Both the position numbers and the translations under genes were made by a program. The notes under the pieces were generated by a model. That model worked only from the letters and a program-made list of their open reading frames with translations. It made no database searches and had not been told where the DNA came from. A stretch of 60,694 bases of DNA, filler included. It is 9 parts of 9 records of this genome, joined end to end, with 100 filler letters (N's around TTAATTAATTAA, not from the genome) between each part and the next. Parts side by side here need not be neighbours in the genome. Positions count along the whole stretch, not along the records: positions 51,146 to 60,694 come from SRR31147125_72938; 8 more parts are not named here. One strand, given 5' to 3'. How positions within the stretch are numbered: position 1 is the first letter of the stretch; the number at the start of each line of letters is the position of its first letter. Positions 51,146-60,694 of this stretch are shown here, one piece after another.

Positions 51146-52548
51146 TTTTTTCTTTCTTCATATGTTTTACATTGATAGAGGTATGCGATACCAACTTCAG
51201 TAACTACATGAGTAATATCATCGCTGTAGATCATTACAGGCGGTAGAGCTAGTCCTGTTTTGTCTGCGATTTCAATTGCATCTAATTTTTCCACAAAAAT
51301 AGGCGCCGAATTTGGGTTGAATGTTTCAAATACCTGTACTACAAGTTTTTTTCCTCTTTTCAGAATATCATCAGGATCACCCATATCTGACCATGTATTA
51401 CTAGCATGCCTTCTTCCATTTGGATTGTGTCCCATATTTGGTGCTCCTCCAAAACCTGACAATCTACCAGAAGTTACTGTTGATGAGTTACCATAATAAT
51501 CCATCTGAAGTGTTGAGCCGATAAACATATCAGCTGCGTATAATCCTGCAAGTTGAGCAAAGGTTCTGTTGCTTCGTAGTGAGCCATCTCTACCAGTAAA
51601 GAATATATCGGAATGCTCTCTAATGTAGTCTTGCATACCTAACTCCCCACCGAAACAGTATACATTTTCTACCCAACCTGACTCTATGGCAGGTATAAGT
51701 GTAGGATGTGGATTTAGTACCCAGTTTTTGCAGATTTTACCTTTTAATCCTAATGATTCTCCATAGGTAGGTAGTAGTAGCTCAATGGCAGCGGTATTGA
51801 AACCAATACCGTGATTTAGCGAAGTAACCTCATGTTTAGCATAGATACCTTTTAGTATCATCATAGCCATTAGAACCTGAAGTTCTGTAATATTTTCGGG
51901 GTTTCTGGTAAAAAGTGGTTTTACCTTGTACGGCTCATCTGAAACCACAATGAAATCTATCCAATCCCCTGGGATATCAACTCTAGGAAGTTCATCACTT
52001 AATTCATTAACCTGTGCAATAACGATTCCATTCTTAAAAGCACATGTTTCAACTATTGTAGGAGTTTCCTCAGTGTTAAAGCCAGTGTAGAGGTTTCCAT
52101 TTGAGTCAGCTTTGTCTGCGGCAACTAGACAGATATTTGGTATCAAATCTACTACTAATCTAGCATATAGCTCGATATAGGTATTAATAGAAGCGACATT
52201 AACGATACCATCCTCTATCATGTTGGCAATTCTCAGACTCTGACTACCTGCATAAGCAAAATCAAGTGTTGAAGCGATACCAAGCTCAAATATATCCAGA
52301 TGCTCAGGCTCAGACACAGCCGAAATAACCATCTTTAGATCAGAGACTTTTTTACTGTTAAGCTTACATAGAGATTTAGCTAGAAACAGAGCTTGTTTTT
52401 GATTATTTCCTTCTAAAATAACTCTGTCTCCAGAATCAATTAGAGTTTCCAGTACTTCCACTATTTTTTCGCTGGGAATAATTTTGTCATTCACAAGAGA
52501 GTTTACAGCAGAGAGTTTTTCATTTTTTCTCATAGCTAGATTATTCAT
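51146..52548 (-). CDS. mdcA: Malonate decarboxylase alpha subunit, 3' truncated
   Basis: EGNNQKQA, YIELYARL, SLNHGIGFNTAAIELLLPTY, LNPHPTLIPAIE, GFGGAPNMG. Confidence 0.93.
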
Positions 52549-52819
52549 ATACCACCCTTTCTTAGAACTATACAACTCAATTAAAATAAGTCTTTGTAGA
52601 GAACGATAGCTCTAAATTATCAAAGAATATCAATATTAAAAAAATATCCCAAATATTTATTATTAATATTATACACCATATGTTATAATAAATATAATAT
52701 AATAAACTCATTAATTGATAACTAAAATGTTATGAATTTGATTTTTGATTTGTTAGGATGAAAAGGTAAAATAATTAACTTAATATTTTTGATTTATAAA
52801 ATAAAAAAGGAGAAAAATT

Positions 52820-53674
52820 ATGAATTTACAGCACTTAAACTATTTTCTAAAGATAGCAGAAACGGAGAATATGACAGAAGCATCTGATTATCTAAAGGTA
52901 GCACAACCAGCACTAAGTAGAAGTATCAAACTGTTAGAGGAGGAGCTAGGGATTACTCTCTTCGATAGAGTGGGACGAAAGCTTAAACTAAACAGATTTG
53001 GTGAGATAGTACAGAAATATGTAAGTGATATAAATAGATCTCTAGAGGATATGCAGAAGGAGTTAGAGGATAATAAAGGTATAGATAATACGATTAAATT
53101 AGGTGTAAGAGCAGCTTCGAAGCAGATACCAGAACTACTTCTTGAGTTTCATAACATCTATCCAGATGTAAATTTCTCAATAATTCAAAACGCTGATTTA
53201 GAAAGCTGTGATGTAATAATTGATGCAGGGCTAGTGACTCCTACTAGTAAAAATACTATAAAAATAATGGAGGAAGAGATAAAAATAGCTATGCCGAAGA
53301 ATCATGAATTAGCAAAGAAAAGTAAGCTTGATTTGTTAGATTTTTCAAATGAGCAGTTTATATCATTGTCAAAAGGGTCACTAAATACTATAATAGCATA
53401 CTATTGTGGACAATGGGGCTTTTCACCAACTATTACATTTGAATCAAATGATCCTGCACTAATTAGAGCAATGATTAGAATGGGTCTAGGAATATCATTT
53501 ATTCCATCAAAGACATGGGACAAGATGGAAGATGCCAGTATAGTTATCAGGAGTTTGGATGATGATTTCTACTCTAGAGAGGTATATCTGACATATAATA
53601 GCGAACGATACCTTAGCAAGATGACAGATACATTTATTAAATTTACTAAGGAATATTTTGCAAGGTTGAAATAG
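52820..53674 (+). CDS. LysR family transcriptional regulator, divergent from mdcA
   Basis: N-terminal HTH (VAQPALSRSIKLLEEELGITLFDRVGR); GLGISFIP. Confidence 0.93.
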   Translation: MNLQHLNYFLKIAETENMTEASDYLKVAQPALSRSIKLLEEELGITLFDRVGRKLKLNRFGEIVQKYVSDINRSLEDMQKELEDNKGIDNTIKLGVRAASKQIPELLLEFHNIYPDVNFSIIQNADLESCDVIIDAGLVTPTSKNTIKIMEEEIKIAMPKNHELAKKSKLDLLDFSNEQFISLSKGSLNTIIAYYCGQWGFSPTITFESNDPALIRAMIRMGLGISFIPSKTWDKMEDASIVIRSLDDDFYSREVYLTYNSERYLSKMTDTFIKFTKEYFARLK

Positions 53675-53837
53675 AAAAACTTTATTAACTTTGCTAATTG
53701 AGAGTATTGTTTTATTCAGCGTAGCTGGGCTTAGGTTCCGTATGAATCAAGAGAAACACATATGTGTTTTCCATTTTAATTATATAAGGCCTCAAATTTT
53801 AGTGTTAAGGCATCGTCAGTAAAAATAAAATTTCCGT

Positions 53838-53899
53838 AAAAACAAACTAAGGAGCAATTAGCTTGGATATAAAGCATAATTGTTCCTTAGTTTGTTTTT
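53838..53899. terminator. Long inverted repeat (about 27-bp stem), probable bidirectional terminator
   Basis: AAAAACAAACTAAGGAGCAATTAGCTT-loop-AAGCATAATTGTTCCTTAGTTTGTTTTT. Confidence 0.65.
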
Positions 53900-54653
53900 T
53901 ATACAAATACCTAATTAAGATCTTTACATAAGAACGTTTAATAAAAATCAATTTGATCTCTAATTAGATAAGATGTAGATTATAAGTAAGTTAAATGCTG
54001 ACTAATTATAGTCCTGTAATGAGAAAATATAGCTGTTTTCAATTATCTATGTTGATCAATTGCAGGTTAATGCTTCTTCCCTGATTGCTCTATAATTGAT
54101 ATTAAATTAAAAAGTTTTGTTACGAATAAATAAAGCATGACTTCACTTCCTTTCTAAAGATTAATTTGCTCAAATAAAATTTACAAGCTTGTGGTTGTTG
54201 ATTTCTTGAACTGTTTTAAGACATAAAGTTTATTTTAATTCCATTTGTAATTATATTAGCCCGTTTTCCAGAATAGTTTAATTAGTTTATTTGGTATTTT
54301 ATTTAGAAAAATTGGTTTTTGCCATAAAAAAAAGAAAGAGTTAAATTAAAGGCTTTCCCTTCAATAAAACTCTTCCAATGTCTATCTCTTTTAAGTTGAG
54401 TGATTTCAAATAAACTGTAGACAGGTAGTTTACAAACTCATTTCATCCCCAACTTTTATTATAACTCCCTCGACACAAGGGCCTAAACAAAAAGAACCCT
54501 TGATACAACAGGATGCTTCCATACACACAAAAACGTCTATAATTTTCACCTATCAATCAAGATATTGATTTCATATTATTTTCATAAACATAATATTCAT
54601 AGTTAACTTAAAGCAAACGATATTTGCTGGGCATTTGTGTGCATCCTAATAAA

Positions 54654-55256
54654 TTACGCAGAATCAGGAGTGAATTCATCTGGACTATATTCTAGGGACT
54701 CCATGAAGTTAATGAATGTGTCTTTTTCATTTTCGTAATTCTTTTTTGCATTTTGAAATGAATCGCCATGTGAAAGAAGTGAACAAAAGTATCCATTAAC
54801 GATTGTGTGCATTTCACAAGTATAATCCAGTCTACCTAGTTTTTCAACAACTTGACCACTTCTGTCTTCAAAATAAAGGAACGTTCTTGACTCGCCTTGT
54901 ATAACTTTAGACAAACGCTTTATTTCAATATTATTCTGGGCACCTAGTTGCTCCATCTCTTTCAAACTGTTAATTCCATTAGTAGTTGAAAGTATAATGA
55001 AGATGAATCCGCTATCAAATACTTTTATTAAAACAACTTTATCATCGAGAACATTTTCAACATAGTTGTTTGGAACTTCATAAAATGTAGAGAAAAGCTC
55101 GTTATATTTTTTATTCCATGTAATTGGTGTGAGTTTCGTCTCAAAATTAAATTTTCCCTTGTTTAAGTAATTATTAAATTGTTCGACTGCTAATAAATTA
55201 CTAGAGAAAATATAAAAAGTGCTAGCAATTATAAAATTTTTCAGTATCTTATTCAT
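54654..55256 (-). CDS. Secreted hypothetical protein
   Basis: 200-aa ORF with a signal-peptide-like N-terminus and AAAGGT RBS. Confidence 0.65.
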   Translation of the reverse strand: MNKILKNFIIASTFYIFSSNLLAVEQFNNYLNKGKFNFETKLTPITWNKKYNELFSTFYEVPNNYVENVLDDKVVLIKVFDSGFIFIILSTTNGINSLKEMEQLGAQNNIEIKRLSKVIQGESRTFLYFEDRSGQVVEKLGRLDYTCEMHTIVNGYFCSLLSHGDSFQNAKKNYENEKDTFINFMESLEYSPDEFTPDSA

Positions 55257-55326
55257 GGTTATTTACCTTTCTTTTTTTAAAATTATACTCATTTTCCAGT
55301 ATGCTATAAAAATAGTGTCCCTATTA

Positions 55327-55360
55327 TACTAACACATGTCGGGACATCGATGTGTTATAT
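55327..55360 (-). other. Collapsed attC-like site
   Basis: Minus strand ATATAAC-ACATCGATGTCCCGACATGT-GTTAGTA; TAACACAT/ATGTGTTA arms; only 34 bp. Confidence 0.45.
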
Positions 55361-55391
55361 GATTGAAATAAGATCATTTTCAAACTCAATA

Positions 55392-56299
55392 TTATTTCAC
55401 TTCTTTAACTGCTCGAAAACTTAAATATCTTTGACTATTGCTTTTTCTTCTTTCAAAAACCCCACCATGATATACGATTATAAACGCCTGTTCTTCATCT
55501 TTTGAGGATGTGTCTGACGTCCAATAATATATAATGGGGGAATTTACATCCCATAATGGTGATTCCTTATCTGGTTTCGTTTCATATATTGCCGACTTTC
55601 CTTCAGCATTCCACATTCCATTTGAATTTTTCCCATGAAGCATCATTGAACGTACTGATTCATCTACAGTTGGTAATCTCCAAATATTCTGCTCAACTTC
55701 CATCAAGTATGTTCCATCCTCTGATAAATACTTGCATAATTCACGTGCTTCTTTCCATGACACACCACGGTCTGGCCAACCAGGACCTCGTGGCGCCCAT
55801 GCTAACTCTATTTCGTTTCCTTGAATAGTTCTTATTCCCAAATAGTTGTCGTTCAATCTTCTCGAAACTTTAATGCCCTGTGGGATTGAAATTACTAAAA
55901 AAATTGACAGTGGAATAAATATAATCAATCTATATACTGTTTTTTTAGGCTTTGGATTACCATAAAAATATAGACTCCCAAGTATGATAAAAGGAGCTAC
56001 AATTAGCAAGCTAATCAGTTTAACATTTCCACCCGAAAAAAATAAAGCACAGAAGGCACCGACTGCAATATGCAAGATTAATCCAATTACTTTTTCTTTA
56101 GAATGATTAGAGATAGAGCTATGAACAAAAGTGCAATTCCCATGTATTGAAACACTAGTATAAGTATGTTTTTCAGAATAGATTGATGATACCAACCTTC
56201 ATGAAAGTTTTCGAATGCACCCCAATATGTCCAAAAGCTAGTAAATATAATTGTTAAGATAACCCCAATCCAACCAACGACATTTTTTCTTCTACTCAT
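55392..56299 (-). CDS. Membrane protein with C-terminal DUF1566-like domain, frameshift near 56095
   Basis: WGAFENFHEGWY N-terminus, TM helices, SWKEA...C, WRLPTVDE, YYWTS, FRAVK. Confidence 0.7.
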
Positions 56300-56566
56300 A
56301 CAAATTTCACCATATCTTTCACGTTCATTAGCGTATTCTGATTATGTAATTGTATCAAAATTGTTTAAATCATATACATTTTTTGGAACTTTAAAAAATA
56401 TTTCTTTTTGCATTAAATCATGAAGATTAATAATAACTCTTTTTTCAATGTATTCTCTAATCAAATTAAATTTTAATTGTTAAAAATATCAAACATTTTT
56501 TAATTTTTCATAAGTTTTCTTGATAAATTACTGAATTTTCTTTACTTACTTTCTCATTTATCTTTT

Positions 56567-56620
56567 ACTTAACAAAGGCATCCTACGAACAAAGTTGAAG
56601 CATCATATTCCTTGTTAGAT
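56567..56620 (-). other. attC-like recombination site
   Basis: Minus strand CATCTAAC-AAGG...CCTTT-GTTAAGT; arms pair with one extra base; 54 bp; just downstream of the M23 gene. Confidence 0.55.
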
Positions 56621-56684
56621 GTCGTTTCTGTTATGGTTGCTTAGAGATATCTGACAAATACATGGAAGTATTTGACCTATTATA

Positions 56685-57461
56685 CTATTTAATTCCATAT
56701 TTTATAACATCATTTTCTTTTGGTACAGAATTGAATATTTTTTTCCATTTATGCCCCTGTTTTAATTCATATGACTTAAATACAAATGGCAATCCTTTAG
56801 CAGTTTTATAATCATCTGAATCCATGAATTGCATATGCAAATGAGGCATTGTTGAATTTCCAGAATGTCCTAACTCACCAATTATATCATGCACTTCTAT
56901 TTTCTCGCCTACTGCTACTTTAATTGACCCCTTTTTTAAATGGGCTAATAGCGCATATTTATTTTCATCAATTTTGATCATCACATAATTACCAGTAATT
57001 ATCTTGAGAGATGCCCCATTTTGAGTAAATTGTTTTGTAACTTCTATTGTATTTTTATAATCACGGATAATGTTAACAGGGTTTCTTTCCTTTACATTAT
57101 TTTCTATCTCAACGATTTTACCACTCACAGGAGAATATACTGCTTGGCCCCATCCATAAAAATCTTCTAATGATAAGCCTTTAAAAATATATTTTATAAA
57201 ACTACTTTTATAGGATTTTTTCAATTTGTCATTTTCATTGATCATAACAAAATCGATAGCATATGTTTCTCCAAAACTATTCGTCCCATGACTTGGAACT
57301 TTTGATCCTGGAGTATTAGGGGAGATATATACGCCTTTTAGTGGAAAAGATACTTTTAGTATATCATCACTCATTTTTATTTTACCTCCATTAATGCAGC
57401 TACAGAAACTTATTGAAATAATAACTACAACATATTTCACTTTTAAACTAATATTTTTCAC
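56685..57461 (-). CDS. M23 family metallopeptidase
   Basis: HGT...YAIDF, GNYVMI, LAHL, GHSGNSTMPHLHMQ. Confidence 0.88.
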   Translation of the reverse strand: MKNISLKVKYVVVIISISFCSCINGGKIKMSDDILKVSFPLKGVYISPNTPGSKVPSHGTNSFGETYAIDFVMINENDKLKKSYKSSFIKYIFKGLSLEDFYGWGQAVYSPVSGKIVEIENNVKERNPVNIIRDYKNTIEVTKQFTQNGASLKIITGNYVMIKIDENKYALLAHLKKGSIKVAVGEKIEVHDIIGELGHSGNSTMPHLHMQFMDSDDYKTAKGLPFVFKSYELKQGHKWKKIFNSVPKENDVIKYGIK

Positions 57462-57530
57462 AACAAATCACATTCATTCCTCACGCCCGGCGGCTCTTAT
57501 TCAAACAATTTTAACCATGACAGAAATTGC

Positions 57531-57601
57531 ATCTAACTCGTTTATAACTGCCATAAATCACTCAAAAGTTACATCTATTACTTTGTATTTGGATGTTATC
57601 T
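57531..57601 (-). other. attC-like recombination site (degenerate)
   Basis: Minus strand AGATAAC...GTTATAAACGA-GTTAGATG; 71 bp. Confidence 0.5.
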
Positions 57602-57699
57602 GCCATAGCATTGCGCGTTATTTTTCAACAGGATATCTTACCTCTATTTCTTACTTAGATTATATAATATTCTAAATAAATACGCAATTGGCATACATG

Positions 57700-57905
57700 T
57701 TATGAAATCCAAATAGCGCGTTTTTTGAGGTTCTATAATTTCATTTGAATTAACAAAAGAAATTAAATCTACTTCACTTATCCACTTATATGCCATGGTT
57801 TCACCCTCTTGAAGTATTATCTTCGATTTTTTCACAATCGGTAAGGCAAAAAAACTATTATGCAGACATTTATCATCGCCATAATGGAAAGAAGAAATCT
57901 CCTCT
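57700..57905 (-). pseudogene. Diverged fragment duplicating the 3' half of the NUDIX gene at 60200-60694
   Basis: Aligns by eye with about 60225-60425: ILQEGETMAYKWISEVDLISFVNSNEII versus TLQKGETMEYKWISEVDFISFVNSNEII. Confidence 0.85.
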
Positions 57906-57999
57906 TCAGAGATCCTTGAAGTGCATAGTCGAATACCTGTAAATGAAATGAAAGAGGCTATTACCCTAACGTTTATTATGGTAATAACCTCTACTATTA

Positions 58000-58867
58000 T
58001 TATTCTATAACAAGTTCTTCTCGATAATATCTGAACTCTGTCTTAACATTAAATCCAATGTTTGTATACACCTTCAATGCTTTTTCGTTGTTTGTTTCGA
58101 CGTCTAATTCAATAGCCTTATTCTGATTTTTGGTTTTACAGATGTTCACAATCTCGCTGAGAACATATTGCCCAATCCCTTGTTTCTGGTATTTTTTCAA
58201 TACAAAAACCGTGAATATAAAATTGGGATACATCTTCCATAACTCCAATCATTCCAATTAGGTTTGTGTCATATTTAATCCCGTAAAGTTCACGCTTTTC
58301 ACTTGCGAAAAATTCCGTAATAATTGAGGCTGTTCTGTCGGAGTCTGTGCTAAAGGCATCTTGATTAATCTCGATGTACCTTAGTTTATCCCTTTCATTG
58401 GCCTTTTCCAGTTGAATATGCTCTTTAAGTGGTAGGCTCATCACTTGATGGTGCTCCATGGCAAACTCAGAAAATTCGTACTTTGCCCCCATATATGTAA
58501 GAGTCTCTTTACCCTCTTTTGAATTCACATCACAAATATAGAGTAAGGTTTTTGTTCCACGCTTTTGAAGTTCTTCCATTGAAAGTTTGAACAAGATTTT
58601 AAAATAGCCTTTTCTTCTAACTTGAGGTAAGGTTAAAGCCGTAATTTCAGCCTCTATCACAGTCGGCGCAAAAATATGAAACACTGAAAGTAGTTGATTA
58701 TCCTCATACAAAAGAAAGGTATTTATGTCCCCTTTTTTATGAAAATCAAGGTCTTCACTAAAACAGTATTGAGTACCGTCACTCTGATTGCATATTTCGT
58801 AGAGCTTATTAATATCCTGTAAGTGCTTCTCAGATAGTTTTTCTTCTGCAATAATCTTCATGTGCAT
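58000..58867 (-). CDS. Tandem-domain GNAT acetyltransferase, frameshift near 58192
   Basis: RRKGYF in domain 1; YQKQGIG...LDVETNNEKALKVYTNIGF in domain 2. Confidence 0.85.
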
Positions 58868-59023
58868 ATCTCTCCTTTTATCTATTATAATATAATTGTA
58901 ACTGATACCACCATATCGCTAACGATTAAATTATGGACTTGAATCTCTTTCCACCATTACAATATACCATTTTATAGAGTTTAATCACAAGGGACGGTTC
59001 TTTTTTAAGAAATTCTTCCAATT

Positions 59024-59224
59024 TCATCTAATTTTAAATTTGGGTGGAATCTTAATATTGATAAATAGTTTCTTCTGATTTGAAACAATTTTCGAGAATT
59101 CATATTGAGGATCAAATGTTATTTTCGACTGACGTAAAATATTAGCCAATTTATTTTCATTGTCCATTTTAAGACATTCAACTAGTGCTACTAAAAACTC
59201 TTGCTCTGTTGCCACAAATATCAC
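59024..59224 (-). CDS. Short hypothetical protein, possibly truncated
   Basis: 66-aa ORF coupled to the upstream gene by an overlapping stop/start. Confidence 0.4.
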   Translation of the reverse strand: MIFVATEQEFLVALVECLKMDNENKLANILRQSKITFDPQYEFSKIVSNQKKLFINIKIPPKFKIR

Positions 59225-59811
59225 TTCTCATTTTTCATGTATTTATAGCCATATATCTCACGAGCAGCTTTTGTTTTTTCCTTTATGAATTCTGACTTGG
59301 CATCTGTATAACCACCTCTGTTATTTCTATAAGTATTTAACAGTGATAATTTTAGTTCTGCATACTCATTTACTACACAGTCATTATCAATTAAATAGTC
59401 TCTAAAATATAATTCATTCCAATCACCTTCAGATCTTACATGTAAATGATAAACTTTATTTGAAAATCCAAACTTAGTATAACCTTTATTAAATACATAG
59501 TTGATATTTGGGATCTTGGTTGAATTCATTAATATCCAATCATCATTTATTAGTTTCGTTGTAACATCTTCAATTTCAGCATCGTCTTTAATTTCCAGTA
59601 AGATATCAATTATTGGCTTAGATAATAATCCTTTTACAGCACTGCTCCCTATATGATTAATACGAGATATTCTTATCTCGCTAAGACACTCTAATACATT
59701 TGCTTTCATTTCGGAATACCAATTAAAATATTCCTCATTATGTTCTTCAAGAATAATCGGAAACAGTGTCCACAATTCCTCTAGTGTCAATTCTGATAGC
59801 TCTTTTGTCAT
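59221..59811 (-). CDS. GrpB/UPF0157 nucleotidyltransferase-fold protein
   Basis: HIGSSAVKGLLSKPIIDIL, YHLHVR, FRDYL, YAELK, YTDAKSEFI. Confidence 0.88.
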   Translation of the reverse strand: MTKELSELTLEELWTLFPIILEEHNEEYFNWYSEMKANVLECLSEIRISRINHIGSSAVKGLLSKPIIDILLEIKDDAEIEDVTTKLINDDWILMNSTKIPNINYVFNKGYTKFGFSNKVYHLHVRSEGDWNELYFRDYLIDNDCVVNEYAELKLSLLNTYRNNRGGYTDAKSEFIKEKTKAAREIYGYKYMKNEK

Positions 59812-60049
59812 ATTCTCTCCTTTCACGCCTAGGTAGTAATTTCACCTAAAACATCGATACTCGCCATAAAGTTGCGGATATAGTTCCGTTTTCAGTATAT
59901 TATCCGCCATCCTAACCTTCATTTGTTCCTTAAATTATACAACACCCTAAGTGAACACGCAAGAACAAAACATATTATGAAAACTAAATATGTGACAAGT
60001 AGAGCGTCATTGGGTTTGGTGATGGGGGAGAGAGCGAAAAATTCTGCAT

Positions 60050-60079
60050 AAAAAAAAGAACAGGCATTTTTGCCTGCTC
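60050..60079 (-). terminator. Intrinsic terminator
   Basis: Minus strand GAGCAGGCA-AAAA-TGCCTGTTC-TTTTTTTT. Confidence 0.8.
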
Positions 60080-60199
60080 CCATATTATTTATACTCAAAA
60101 TCACATAATTATTGCATCATCTAAACGGTCATAATCACCTGAATCCTTAAACTCCTTTTCAAGTTTAGCCCGATGTTCTGCCAAAACACTTGCTATATT

Positions 60200-60694
60200 T
60201 CATTTCAAATATCCTTTTCTCTTGAAATAATCCAAATAGCGCATTTTCTGAAGCTCTATAATTTCATTTGAATTTACAAAAGAAATAAAATCTACTTCAC
60301 TTATCCATTTATATTCCATAGTTTCACCCTTTTGGAGTGTTATCTTTGATTTGTCACAATCAGTAAGGCAAAAAAACTATTGTACAGACATTTATCATCG
60401 TCATAAACGAAAGAGGAAATCTCCTCAAAGTTATCTGAAGTTATTCCAGTTTCCTCAAGTAATTCTCTTTTGATACAAGCAAACTTATCCTCTCCCTTAA
60501 GAGCAGCACCTCCTGCAGTAGCTTCATAATACCCACCGTATTTGGGCTTAGAGAGGTCACGTTTCATAAGTAGAAAATCACCATCTATATGCTGAACAAG
60601 GACTTCGCATACCAAGTGATAAAGATTGTCAGGTATATCTTCACCGCGGACTAAGTCAATATTAGCAAGAGTTCTATCTCTATAATATGCATCC
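60200..60694 (-). CDS. NUDIX hydrolase, start just off-window, frameshift near 60372
   Basis: DAYYRD...YHLVCEVLV; Nudix box GGAALKGEDKFACIKRELLEETG. A T7 run needs to be T8 to continue FCLTDCDK. Confidence 0.9.

Noticed and set aside
57700-60430. Diversity-generating retroelement template/variable repeat pair
   Set aside because: Differences are not confined to adenines, and no reverse transcriptase gene is present in the window.

Overview
The window is not one locus. It is nine unrelated contigs joined by 100-bp spacers (N44-TTAATTAATTAA-N44), so no gene context crosses a spacer. (1) 1-5826: deltaproteobacterial-like GT2 / TolC-fusion / HlyD operon, mlaA-mlaC, and a sigma54 promoter driving a c-di-GMP-I riboswitch. 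(2) 5927-12053: polA-pheS-pheT. (3) 12154-18321: PEP-CTERM-type EPS locus (asnB, GT4, nucleotide-sugar dehydrogenase, transglutaminase, lyase-like protein). (4) 18422-24821: TRAP-fed sugar catabolic operon. (5) 24922-30820: mosaic, probably mobile contig in which archaeal-style surface/virion-like genes converge on a bacterial-style small-ORF module (SprT, DUF2958-like, PD-(D/E)xK-like). (6) 30921-38598: housekeeping genes (ppaC, pdxJ, ybeY, 7TM-HD, phoH, cvpA, mazG, hisH, hisF). (7) 38699-43854: AsmA-like, CBS-GGDEF, FapA, pseudo-receiver, mcsA. (8) 43955-51045: DeoR-regulated aminotransferase / oxidoreductase / ceramidase-like / FGGY kinase operon with an 11-bp tandem repeat, plus stacked toxin-antitoxin genes. 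(9) 51146-60694: mdcA and LysR, then an AT-rich run of same-strand accessory genes with eroded attC-like sites. About ten genes are split, almost always by one base missing from a homopolymer, which points to sequencing error rather than pseudogenes. The best candidates for something new are the TolC-glycoside-hydrolase-like fusion export operon, the archaeal/bacterial mosaic contig and the decaying integron-cassette array. All family calls come from motif recognition by eye; no database searches were run.
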